From NCBI RefSeq assembly GCF_009914755.1, contig NC_060926.1: a DNA stretch of 64,000 nt. One strand, 5' to 3'. The stretch comes from the human T2T-CHM13v2.0 reference genome, Homo sapiens. The translations under genes were made by a program, and so were the position numbers. This document shows, in pieces, positions 19,411 to 34,842 of this stretch; position 1 is the stretch's first letter, and every line of letters starts with the position of its first letter. Below the pieces are notes generated by a model. The model saw only the letters and a list, made by a program, of their open reading frames with translations. It was not told where the DNA came from and searched no databases.

Positions 19411-19890
19411 AACACCCCCCACACTTGGCTCCATAGAGTGACACCTGTTGTTCTTCTACTTTGAAAGGTGTTAGGGGTAGGGGGCTATGCAGCTGAGGCA
19501 ATATCTCCACTCTCAGCAGGCCTATCCCGAGGGAGTCAGGTACGTATGCAACCAGCACACCAAACGGGATGTAACAGGTGCCACAGCAGAGAAACAGAGG
19601 AAAAGCAGCCTGGCCTGACGTTATGGAACAGGGTTAAGTTTGGTAGAAGAGGTGGCAGCTGAGAGTATCTCGACGGGTACAACTGCAATGGGCAGAAGAG
19701 GCTTGGGAAGGGCAAACCAGGCGGGGGAAAGTGCATGACTGAGGCACTGGGCTGGAGAGGAGGCTGTACTGGGGGTGAGACGGGGCGGTGAAGCTGGAGT
19801 GTGGGGAGCAGGGAAGACCTGTAGCAGGAAAGGAGAAGTGTCGGCGGTGAGCAGCCAGAGATGTAAATGAGCAGCTGCAGAGTTTATTTA

Positions 19891-20258
<368 letters not shown>

Positions 20259-20259
20259 T

Positions 20260-20561
20260 TATTATTTTTTTTGTTTCTTATTTTTTGAGACAAGAGTTTT
20301 GCTCTGTCTGGAGTGCACTCAGGCTGGAGTGCAGTGGCAAGATCATGGCTCACCACAGCCTTGACCTCCTGGGCTCAAGTAATCCTCCCACCTCAGCCTC
20401 CTGGGTAGCTGACACCATGCCTGGCTAATTACTGTATTTTTTGTAGAGATGAAATTTTGCCATGTTGCCCAGGCTGATTTCAAATGCCTGGGCTCAAGTG
20501 ATCCATCTGCCTCGGCTTCTCAAAGTGCTGGGATTATAGGCGTGAGCTACCATGCCTGGCC
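20260..20561 (-). mobile_element. AluJ-like
   Basis: CCTCCTGGGCTCAAG-type J diagnostics. Confidence 0.88.
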
Positions 20562-20592
20562 CGACTAACCACCATTAAAAATAAAATGTTCT

Positions 20593-20893
20593 GGCGGGGT
20601 GTGGTGGCTCACGCCTGTAATTCTGGCACTTTGGGAGGCTGAGGCGGGCAGATCACTTGAGGTCAGGAGTTCAAGACCAGCCTGACCAACATGGTGAAAC
20701 CCCGTCTCTACTAAAAATACAAAAATTAGCTGGTTGTGGCTGCGGGCACCTGTAATCCCAGCTACTCGGGGGGCTGAGGCAGGAGAATCACTTGAACTGG
20801 GAAACGGAGGTTGTAGAGAGCCAAGATTGTGCCACTGCACTCCACCCTGGGTGACAGAACAAGACTCCATCTCTAAATAAATAAATAAATAAA
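20593..20893 (+). mobile_element. Alu with (TAAA)n tail
   Basis: TSD AAATAAAATGTTCT. Confidence 0.92.
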
Positions 20894-20919
20894 ATGTTCT
20901 ATTTTTTTTCCACCACCAG

Positions 20920-21100
20920 TTTTGCTTTTTGTTTTGTTGTTGTTTTTTTTTTCAACAGACCATGAGCCAAGAATGATTTTTACATTTTTTAATGGTTACA
21001 TTTTAAATGGTTATATAGTACCTACATAATATCTGGTTTGGCCTGGAAAGCCTGAAATATTTACTGTCTAATCTTTTAAGAAAATGCCTGCTGACTCCTG
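20920..21100 (-). mobile_element. MER58-like hAT fossil
   Basis: GGCCTGGAAAGCCTGAAATATTTACTGTCT...GACTCCTG resembles a MER58 end. Confidence 0.6.
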
Positions 21101-21569
21101 CTACAGGCAAAGGCAAGAGGAGCCGGTGAAGGTTTCTAAGGAGGGGAGGGATGTGGCCAGTCTGGTCTGTGCTCAGGAATCAAGCTCTGGGCAATGGCAC
21201 AGAGGGACTGAGAAACGAGAGACAGGAGACAGGGGTTCTATCAATAAAGTGGCTTTTCCAAAACCCGGTGACAGATAATGGAGGCTGGAATGGGGTATAG
21301 GAATAGAAAGAGGGAGAGCAACTTTTGGGAGAAAAAATGGACTTGAAGTTGGCAACTGAGAGGGAAGAGCAGGAGGCTGGCGATGGCTGGCAGGGATATG
21401 GTGGGTGCTGATAACGGCATCAGCAGAAGCAGGAAATACGTGCAGAGGAGGGATCTGTGGGGCCCACCCTTCCGATAGCCAAACCTCAGAATAAGGGGTT
21501 CTGAGAATGCCGTGGAGGCGCATATTTGTATCACAGGGAAAGGTTCTCTGGACTCAGAGCAGGGCTTCC

Positions 21570-22035
<466 letters not shown>

Positions 22036-22445
22036 GATGGCTGAGGGTGACTTAGTCATGAGGTCCTACAGAGGATGGTCTGCCCAGGGCTATTTTCCTG
22101 GGTGGTGAGCTGCTGTGGAAAGAAGGGTAGGCAGCCAGCATCCTCAGGTTAGTTAGACCTTCAAAGGGCCCAAGAATAGACTGCCGTATCTTCTGCACAC
22201 TTGGGATGTCCTGGGGTGGCTACAGATCTGAGAGTCTCCTAGAATCTCTCTTGATTTTCTGAGGTCTGAGCAGGTTAAAAATTGGAGTTGAAATTTCCAA
22301 TGTGAAAGCAATTAACAGAAAATTATATATACATTTAAATTAATAATACATAATAATAAAAGTACTGAAGGGTTTATGGTTAGCCATCTGTGCAGAGCTG
22401 GTGAGCTGGCATGGATCCTTATTATAATAAAAGTGCCACTTTAGC

Positions 22446-23275
22446 AAATGACATGACATTTCTCAAAAGAAGATATACAAATGGCCAACAAACATATGAA
22501 AAAATGCTCAACATCACTAACCATCAGGGAAATGCAAATCAAAACCACAATGAGATACCACCTTACCCCTGCAAGAATCGTCATTATTGAAATATCCAAA
22601 AACAATATACTTTGGCATGGATGTGGTGAAAAGGGAATGCTTATACACTGCTGGTGGGAAAGTAAATTAGTACAACCACTATGGAAAATAGGATGGAGAT
22701 TCTTTGAAGAACCAAAAGTAGACCTACCATTTGATCCAGCAATCCCACTACCGGGTATCTACCCAAAGGAAAAGAAGTCATTATATGAAAAAGACACACG
22801 CACACATATGTTTACTGCAGCCCAGTTCACAACTGCAAAGATACAGAACCAACCTAAGTGCCCATCAACCAATGAGTGAATAAAGAAAACGTGGTAGTAT
22901 ATATACACCATGGAATACTACTCAGCTATAAAAAGGAATGGAATATCTTTTGCAGCAACCTGAATGGACCTGGAGGCTACTTTTCTAAGTGGGGTAGCTC
23001 AAGAATAGAAAACCAAATGCTGTGTGTTCTCACTTATAAGTGGGAGCTAAGCTATGAGTATGTAAAAACACACAGAGTGATATAATGGACTATGGAGCCT
23101 CAGAAGGGAGAGGTTGGGAGGGGCGTGAAGGATAAAAAACTACATATTGGGTGCAATGTACACTAGTTGGGTGACGGGTGCACCAAAATGTCAGAATTCA
23201 CCACTAAATCACTCATCCATGTAACCAAAAACCACTTGTACCCCAAAAGCTGTTGTAATAAAAAAAATATTTAAC
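22446..23275 (+). mobile_element. L1PB3/4-like 3' fragment
   Basis: ORF 22481..22879 is the L1 ORF2 C-terminus ([26 protein letters not shown]); 3'UTR and A tail follow. Confidence 0.9.
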
Positions 23276-23287
23276 AAAGTACCACTT

Positions 23288-23928
<641 letters not shown>

Positions 23929-24562
23929 CTATAATTTTATAAAATAGCCTTCTACTTTTCTTTTTTTAAACATCAGGGCATCTATATTGCAGCTCCAAAT
24001 GCATACTGCCAAAGTATGATTAGGAGTAAATGGAGAAGAGTGTAAGAGTCTATGGAACTTGTTATAACATGCATCTTTTAGCTGAAACTAAGCAGATGTT
24101 CTTTTCCATGAAGGACGCTCCAAACCTTAGCACTATCGTTACTATGGAACATCAGAACCAACCTGAGGGTCAGCTATAAAACCTGTTACCCTAGAGACTG
24201 GTACAGCTTCATGATTTGACGAAATGCCTCCAGATGCTCTCAGAGTGAAGTTATGGAAACAATCCCATGCTGAAAGAAGATGCTGAGGTGAGGCACAACA
24301 GAGAGGAAGAATGCCAGGGAAACCTGTCCTGCTGGAGACATGGCCAAGAATCACGCAGGTGAGCCACAGGAGAAGGGCATCAGGGATGCAGCTGATGTTT
24401 TCTTAGGATATTTTCTTCTGTCTGGAAAAGTGGCAGGTGGGAGGCTGGCATGAATAAACCCTGGGGAAGAAGTTATTGAAAGAAAACCCAGACAATGAAG
24501 TAAGGGCCACAGGATTTCAAAGTCAGGAAAGGAGAAATCAGTGAAATAAACCCAACTGGATT

Positions 24563-24600
24563 TCATTCATTCATTCATTCATTCATTCACTCATTCATTC
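24563..24600. repeat. (CATT)n microsatellite
   Basis: Read directly. Confidence 0.9.
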
Positions 24601-25089
24601 CTCTATAGGCCAGGACCCAAATAGATCTCTATAGACCCTTCTAGGTTTATAGCCTTTCTCCAGAGTACCAACTGGTACAATGATGAAAGGATCCAAAAAC
24701 TGTGGAGCTGGAAGTTTACTGATGAGGAAAATGAGGTTTGTAAAGGTTACGTGCTTGTTTAGATGAAAAAGAAATGGGATTTAGCTGGCAAGACTCGATT
24801 AGTGAGAAGGGCAGTCCATTCATGTGTAATTCACAGATTTAAGATTTACATCTTTGTTCAGTGGAGTGACATTATTTGACAGGAGGTGGTGCTGAGGAGG
24901 TTGGACAGGACAAAGCCCACTTTTCAGAGTTGGGTACACTTTACTACTCTATTGAACATTTTCTTTCCTAAGTTGCTGATAACTTCCTTATTGTCAAATT
25001 CATGGGCTTCCTTGTCTTATTGTCTCACTAACTTCCTCCTTCTTGCAACTATCTGGGCTTCCAAGAGAACCGACGGTCCTTCTCCTGCC

Positions 25090-25410
25090 TCCTTTTTCTT
25101 CTTTTTGTCTACTGTGGGTTTTCCCTAAGGCTCACGTTTATGGTTTCAATCCTCATTTTGTGTTGAAGGGTTCCAAGTCTACATTGCTAGCCCTGTTTTC
25201 CCATTGAAATTTCAGTTGCGCATGTCCAAATACCTAGCAGGTCTTTTTGCTTGACTGCCTGGCTATGGGACATAATAGCATGTCCAAAATCAGATCAAAG
25301 TCCCCTCCTAACCCAGATCATGTCTCTATTTTCACTTGTTCAGTAAATGACACCCATCATTTCCCTAGATTCTTAGGCTCCAAGCCTACAAATCATTTTT
25401 TCTTCATCCT
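25090..25410. mobile_element. L2 fragment
   Basis: CCAAGTCTACATTGCTAGCCC...AGCATGTCCAAAATCAGATC motifs. Confidence 0.5.
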
Positions 25411-25914
25411 TTTCTGTTAATGCTTTGCTGAGATTCAGTCTGTAGTATTCTGGGGGAGGCAGTGTGTCCTAGGAATTCAATATTCTTCCAGTGGAAGAAT
25501 TTCTCCAGTTGGCTGAGGAGATAATGTTTTTGGAGGCCCTGAAGGATGGTTTTCATATGCTGTGTGCATTCTGGTCAGGAGAGGAAAAGACAGAAATATA
25601 GTACAGGAGGGAAATTTAGGAAGTAGGTAAGGAAATCTCTCAGCCTGACATTGATGAGTGATGAAAAATATTGGGGGGTGTGGCACACACCCCAAAGCTA
25701 CTTTTCTCTTGTATCCTCGGACTCTTGTTAGGTGCTCAGGGAGTTTTGGGGGAGTGAAATACAAACACCCATCCCCCATCCCCACCACGCAAGACAGGAC
25801 CATCTGGAAATGAACCTTCTGGGTATGCAAGAGTAAGTTCCTGAACATAAAAGAAACCAAAACCATTTTTGTTCATCTATGATGCTTTCCCAGAAGGATC
25901 TTGATGAAAAGAGG

Positions 25915-26715
<801 letters not shown>

Positions 26716-28604
26716 ACCAAACCTATTTTTAGTATTATAGTGATATTTCCTCTTTTTGGAAAAAAAATAACAACAAACTGCCAGGTCCCTACGGTGAGTA
26801 CAGGTGCCAAGACCGATGAATACACCCTGCCAACTCTTGCAAGGCCATGTGTGGGAGGGAGCCAGCAGTAGCAGACAGTCTATGCACATATCCTGGGACT
26901 GCGACCCAGGATAAAGGTTTGTGGGAGAGTCCTACGTATAGCACAGCGATCCTCATTTACCAACAGACATCTGTACCATTTGCCAACTTAGGAGGGCCGC
27001 AGTGGTGCCTGAGGCCCGGGATACCACTGGCCCGGCTTGTGTTTCTGCATTTAGGGTATCATGTCAACCATGAAATAACTTTCAGACTATTTGATGGTGG
27101 TATTTGTGTACGATTTCTCTTTTTATCCTCCAAAAGGCCAGGCTCACTGTCTTGAACATATATAGTAAAACACCGCTAAATAAATAAATGAATGGCAATC
27201 CTTTGCCTTTTGGGAAGTAGACTCAGGCTTCTATTTCGGAAGATTAAGAGCCACGGAGCCCAGAAGATTGCAGAAGCATGTGAATCTGAATCGCTTCCCA
27301 GTGAGACTGTATCCAAAGGCTAAGAAGGGAACGTGACCCATGAGGCATGCTAACATCAAGGGGTTCACCAACAATCTCTTTAATGGCCAAAGAGGAGGTT
27401 TCTTTTTCTTGTTGCATAGGTTTGTTTTTCTGAAAGTACTTTCTCTTAAACTTACAAAGTTAGTATTCATGAGGTTTATGTGAGCCCTTGTGGGTCGACC
27501 ATTGCTAACTAAACATTAAGTGCCCTTCCTTTGAGGTATATTTGGTAGAGCTGTGATCAGAAAGGGGGGCTTCCTGGAGCCAGGCCAAACCATGCTCTCT
27601 TTGGTATAGCTGTAGGTGGGTATTTGTCTGGGTCTTGGAAATCAGATAGGGCATGATGGCAAGATCCCACGTGATAGCCAAACTCACTGAAGTAAAAGGA
27701 AAGGTCCCAAGTGTGGCAAAGTTCTCTTAGCCAATTCCCCAAGATTCCACTAATCACATTATTTTCAGAGTGCCAGGTATATTATCCTTTGGCCCACTGC
27801 CCCACTACCTAAGCTGGGCCAAGGCCACCCTGAAGGAGCTTCCTATCCTTACATAACTTTTACTGTCTAAAGTTACAGTCTTTAAGCCTGATGATCATTA
27901 TATAAAATGTTCTATTAAACATGTATAAAGTCTTTTTAAGTCTTTAAGCCAGATGATCATTATTAGATAATTAACTTCTAATAGGAGAGATCAGATAAAT
28001 GTTGGAGGAAACAAATCCTTCATGAATAAACAGAACCCCTTTCCTTGGATAGCTCAGTGAATGTGGTATTAGAGATCCAGCAGTGAAATTTTATGGTGCA
28101 CTGAGTCACTGGGAAAAATGGAACCCTAAAATGTTCCTAGATGAACTTGTACATCTGAACTGTTTCCAGACTAGGATTGGGATATTGTTTGATTGAGGCC
28201 AGAGAGGCCCATAGCTCAAATGCACCAATGGTCATGAACACCATTGCCAGTAGGGACTTCATCAGTCTCTGGTGACCCTAGTGTCCCTCTGTAACATGCT
28301 GATGAATCCTACAACCGTATTTCTGACTGTAAGCACTGGGCTTTTACTGAGCAATATTTAAAATATTTTCAAACGATGCAAATAACTATAGATATCCTGC
28401 ATTTTATAGATTATTATCTTTAAAAGACAAGGTGATTTTTATGCCATGTATCAGTATATTTTCTTTAGCTAGAAATAACAACATTAATAATTAATAATAA
28501 TACTAATCAGCTTGGTGTTTGTATTTTTTTGGTAACAAATTTTTTTCAGATTCCTTTTTAAAAAAATTATTTTCATTATTTGCTTTCTTGGGAAATCAGA
28601 CACC

Positions 28605-29581
28605 TTTTTTTTTAATACTTTAAGTTCTAGGGTACATGTGCACAACGTGCAGGTTTGTTACATATGTATACATCTGCCATGTTGGTGTGCTGCACCCACT
28701 AACTCGTCATTTACATTAGGTGTATCTCCTAATGCTATCCCTCCCCCCTCCCCCCACCCCACGACAGGCCCCGGTGTGTGATGTTCCCCTTCCTGTGTCC
28801 AAGTGTTCTCACTGTTCAATTCCCACCTATGAGTGAGAACATGCGGTGTTTGGTTTTTTGTTCTTGCGATAGTTTGCTGAGAATGACGGTTTCCAGCTTC
28901 ATCCATGTCCCTACAAAGGACACAAACCCATCCTTTTTTATGGCTGCATAGTATTCCATCGTGTATATGTGCCACATTTTCTTAATCCAGTCTATCATTG
29001 TTGGTTCCAAGTCTTTGGACATTTGGGTTGGTTCCAAGTCTTTGCTATTGTGAATATTGCCACAACACACATACGTGTGCATGTGTCTTTATAGCAGCAT
29101 GATTTATAATCCTTTGGGTATATACCCAGTAATGGGATGGCTGGGTCAAATGGTATTTCTAGTTATAGATCCTTGAGGAATTGCCACACCGTCTTCCACA
29201 ATGGTTGAACTAGTTTACAGTCCCACCAACAGTGTAAAAGTGTTCCTATTTCTCCACATCCTCTCCAGCACCTGTTGTTTCCTGACTTTTTAATGATCGC
29301 CATTCTAACTGGTGTGAGATGGTATCTCATTGTGGTTTTGATTTGCATTTCTCTGATGGCCAGTGATGACGAGCATTTTTTCATGTATCTGTTGGCTGCA
29401 TAAATGTCTTCTTTAGAGAAGTGTCTGTTCAGATCCTTTGCCCACTTTTTGATGGGGTTATTTTTTTTCCTGTAAATTTGTTTGAGTTCTTTGTAGATTC
29501 TGGATATTAGCCCTTTGTCAGATGAGTAGATTGCAAAAATTTTCTCCCATTCTGTAGGTTGCCTGTTCACTCTGATGGTAG
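28605..29581 (-). mobile_element. Relatively young L1PA (PA4/5-like) 3' fragment, sense to DTNB
   Basis: TACTTTAAGTTCTAGGGTACATGTGCACAACGTGCAGG 3'UTR; ORF2 C-terminus in ORF 29163..29690. Confidence 0.93.
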
Positions 29582-29886
29582 TTTTTTTTTGTTTGTTTGT
29601 TTTTGGAGACGGAGTCTCGCTCTGTCGGCTGAAGTGCGGAGTGCAGTGGTGCGATCTCGGCTCACTGTGAGCTCCGCCTCCTGGGTTCACGCCATTCTCC
29701 TGCCTCAGCCTCCTGAGTAGCTGGGACTACAGGTGCACAACCACGCCCGGCTAATTTTTTGTATTTTTAGTAGAGACAGGGTTTCACCGTGTTAGCCAGG
29801 ATGGTCTCGATCTCCTGACCTCGTGATTCACCTGCCTTGGCCTCCCAAAGTGCTGGGATTACAGGCATGAGCCACCATGCCTGGCC
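29582..29886 (-). mobile_element. AluY-like element abutting the 5' end of the L1PA fragment
   Basis: AluY diagnostics CCGTGTTAGCCAGGATGGTCTCGATC. Confidence 0.92.
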
Positions 29887-30064
29887 CAGATTCTTTTTGA
29901 TAAAGGATATTTCTGAGTGGATCTCCTGAATGGATCTATCTGGGAGTGCCTTGAGCAAAATCACTGCTATAGGTACGTCAACTAGTTATGTCCCTTATAA
30001 TTAATACAATTATTAATTCATACAGAGTATAAGTCAAAATCTTATAAAATTGGTTAATATTGGT

Positions 30065-30165
30065 TATCATTCAGCAAATATTTATTGAGTATCTACTGTA
30101 TGGCAGGCTGGGCTACAGGCGGGGGATGTAATAGTGAAAAAGGCAGAAATGGTCCTTTAATTGCC
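30065..30165 (-). mobile_element. L2 3' end
   Basis: CATTCAGCAAATATTTATTGAGTATCTACTG. Confidence 0.65.
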
Positions 30166-30512
30166 GTCTGATGATGATTATAGGCCTAAGTGACCCGCGC
30201 TCAACTGATGCGACCTAATTCCTGAGCCTGTTAAACTGCAGGGTAAATCATGGGCTGAACAGTCACTCAGTGAAGTCTTATCTGAAATAGCCAGGCAGTT
30301 TGCCCCTCCATTATAACCCTTAGATCTGAGAAAAACAGAAGGGAAAGAGGGGGGAAGAGAGAGAGGAAAGACAGAAGAATCAGTGGAGGTACTGATGCCA
30401 CGCAAAGCACCACAAAAGTGGCTGAGGCTGAAGGCAGAATCACAGCACCCAAGCTTTTAAAGTAACAGTTATTGCCCATTTCTCTCAAGTTTCCCAAATG
30501 CCAAAGTAACCC

Positions 30513-31560
<1,048 letters not shown>

Positions 31561-31721
31561 CCTGGTAGTAGTAAGCAGTAAATCCCTAAGGGGAATGAAG
31601 CAAGAAGGTGGACACTATCAAAAGTTCTCTATAATGGATTTACAGAGCCAGTTTTGGGAAGCACATCTAATAAACTCTTCATTTTAAAAGTGTTTTACAA
31701 TTCTTTTCTTTTTAAAATTTT

Positions 31722-32013
31722 GGCCGGGCGTGATGGCTCACGCCTGTAATCCCAACACTTTGGGAGGCCAATGCGGGCGGATCAACTGAGGTCAGGAGTC
31801 CGAGACCAGTGTGGACAACATGGCAAAACCCCATCTCTACTAAAAATACAAAAATTAGCCCAGTGTGGGCGCCTGTAATACTAGCTACTCGGGAGGCTAA
31901 GGCAAGAGAATCACCTGAACCCAGGAGGCGGAGGTTGCAGTGAGCCAAGGTCGCACCACTGTACTCCAGCCTGGGTGACAGAGCAAGACTCTGTCTCAGA
32001 AAAAAGAAAAAAA
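31722..32013 (+). mobile_element. Alu
   Basis: Full length. Confidence 0.93.
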
Positions 32014-32115
32014 TTTTCCCTACCTGCAAGCTAACAAGTTATACAATTATTTTCTTACCCATTTAGGGTAAGACATTTTGATAGGAAAGAAATTAAACTA
32101 CACCAGCCAGAACCT

Positions 32116-32175
32116 GGAAGGAAGGAAGGAAGGAAGGAAGGAAGGAAGGAAGGAAGGAAGGAAGGAAGGAAGGAA
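32116..32175 (+). repeat. Pure (GGAA)15 microsatellite
   Basis: Read directly. Confidence 0.97.
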
Positions 32176-33189
32176 GGGTGGTTGGGTTAGGGTTATATCA
32201 TAGTTCTGTGTTAAATACGCCTATGTTTTGGCCTGTCACTCAATAATGGTGGGGATTAAACAGAAGCTAGTTCTAAAGCTTTATAGTCTCTTCAGTTGTA
32301 CATCTGAAAAACATTGAATTACGTAAAGTCATTCAGTCCAAATTTGAGCCTCAGAGCTGAACTTACATGGGTCCAGTTTAAACCTGTGAAGTGGACAGAA
32401 GGATATTTCTATCTAAGTCAACAGAGCAGCACTTCTTACCTCATACCATGGTGGGGAAAGCTGAGGAAAAAACAAATTGTACCAATTCACGCTATGGACA
32501 GTCCTATAAGACTGTAAGGACTTGGACATGAGCTCAGGTCCCTGGCCATGGAGAACTCCCAAGATATACCTACAGTGGCTCATTAGAGGCAGGCTTCAGC
32601 AGTCTAGGTTCTCATTTTGCCAACTTCAAGGGGATGGTGATCTCACACAGAATGAAAGGTCACTGAAATGGACACGTTATTTAATCCCCTGTCTGCTCAA
32701 GGCTAGCTTTAAATTGACCTGAGAACTAATATCACAGCAGTGGCAATTCCTGTTTCTTGGATTACATGGTAATCCATAAAAATTTTAAAAATTAAATGTC
32801 TACTGGAAGCTCTACTGCTACGACTAAGACCAATATCCACAATGCCTGCCCTCTTCTGAAAGAGTTTTCAGGTGAGGTGTCGGGTGTTTCCAGTCTGTGC
32901 TCACTTGGAGCTGGCACACGCAGAGAGAGATCAGAAGATGCTGTTAGTCTGGGCAGACTGTTGGAAGTAGGTTTGCAGCAAGTAGCTGCAGCTGCAAAGT
33001 GCATCTCTGGGGTATGGAGGGCTGAAGAGAAGGAGGGGATGCTAGTGGTCAGCAACAACAGGTGAAGTGACACCCTGGATCATCAGGAAGGGAATACTTC
33101 ATAACAAGGGGATGAGACCATCAGGAGCTGGAAGGATAAGTAGTCTCCTTCCTCTCCCTCCAACAGTCTCACTCATTTGTCTACTTGGG

Positions 33190-33530
33190 GGAGGTATTTC
33201 CAACATCTGCTTCTCTGGGACTTCTAGATAAACTGGAGGATTAGACTTCCCAGCCCCCTTGAGGTGAAGTGTGGTCATGTGATTTGCTCTGGCCAATGAA
33301 ATGGAGAGGAAGTGATGCGTGTCACTTCCTGGAAGAAGCATGTAATGGCTGGGCTTGATTTGCATCCTGTTCAGCTTTGCCCATGTAAGTGTACCTACTG
33401 ATGCAGAAACGCCAGAGATGGAAGCAATAAACTCTGTGTGAATAAAGAAAAAAGCAAAACCAAACCTAGGAAAAACCAAAACAAGTGCACTTTGGTTCCA
33501 CGAAAGCCATCAGATTTCTGGGTTGTCGGC
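33190..33530 (+). mobile_element. MLT1-like LTR fragment
   Basis: GGTCATGTGATTTGCTCTGGCCAATGAAATG...GAAGTGATGCGTGTCACTTCC. Confidence 0.6.
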
Positions 33531-33746
33531 CACTCTTGATGCCATGTGCCATCTTCTTTCCCCCTGACAGTCTGTCTCCTCCGTACCCTCTTCTCACCTC
33601 CTCCCCTCACTACTGATCTCTTCTTTCCTTTCCTCTCGCCTTTACTCTATGGTCCCATTGCTCTCCTAGCTAGAAATTATAAGTATAATGTTTTATATTC
33701 CTAACCTAAAACATGTATACATTTGTGTTTTTTAAAAAAATGGGTA

Positions 33747-34040
33747 GGCTGGGCGTGGTGGCTCACGCCTGTAATCCCAGCACTTTGGGAGGCTGAGGCA
33801 GGCGGATCATGAGGTCAGGAGTTCGAGACCAGCCTGGCCAATATGGTGAAACCCTGTCTCTACTAAAAATACAAAAATTAGCTGGGCGTGGTGGTGCGTG
33901 ACTGTAGTCCCAGCTACTCAGGAGGCTGAGGCAGGAGAATTACTTGAACTTGGGAGGCGGAGGTTGCAGTGAGCCGAGATCATGCCACTGTACTCTGGCC
34001 TGGGAGACAGAGCGAGACACCGTCTCAAAAAAAAAAAAAA
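33747..34040 (+). mobile_element. Alu (AluSg-like)
   Basis: GGATCATGAGGTCAGGAGTTCGAG; poly-A. Confidence 0.93.
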
Positions 34041-34265
34041 GGCAAATTTTAAAAATTAAACGTTTTGTATTTATCTCCCAAAGGATAAAAAAGCTCCAAG
34101 GTAAACGAAAACTCAGCTTCAGCTTAAAAAATGTATGCTTTGAAATCTTACTATGTTATATAAACATATGGTGCTAATATTGTAGATAAGCCTGCAATTG
34201 ACTTTCTTGTGTGGGTCAGTGGCTATCAGGATAAACAGAAACAAACATAAACCTCCCCCAAACAC

Positions 34266-34672
34266 CATGCAATAGCCACACAGCTCAGAAAAACCCGAGC
34301 TCCGTCTGGAGTAGGTTCTGAACAGGAAATCATTGCAAGTGGAGTCAGTGTCTCAGTCGTCGTCAGTAATTTTGTTAAGGAGGCTGGCACAGCCCCAGCA
34401 TCCAGAAGCCTAGTCGAGACTGCAGGACATCTATAGTTAGCAAAAGAAGTCCTCATTTTCATGCACATTCATTCATGACATGAGGTCACCCCAGCACCCT
34501 GAAAGTTGTTTCAAGCAATTAAAATCACTCCAGACACACAACAACAGAGAATGAAAGAGCAGGAAAATGCAATGGTAGCCTGGCTAATCATGCACACTTC
34601 AATGCGCACAACAGATGGGTACTTACAAGCTCTGGTTTTAAGTAAGAACATGCTCTACTGGGTAAACATGCC
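34266..34672 (-). promoter_or_regulatory. RBFOX-type (T)GCATG intronic splicing-element cluster downstream of the microexon
   Basis: Plus-strand CATGCA (TGCATG on the transcript) at 34266, 34460 and 34589; CATGC at 34649 and 34667. Confidence 0.6.
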
Positions 34673-34842
34673 TTGAACTTTTAGGCCATTTTACAACACC
34701 ATGGGGAGAACCGCTGGGGGTTTTACACATAAAACCCTCTTCAGAGATGATGTGCGGGGAGAAGAGGAGAAACATTTATATGAGGAAAGGAAGAACGTGC
34801 AAAGGAGCGAGAGTCCGGCGGGAAATTCCGAAGTTCACTTAC

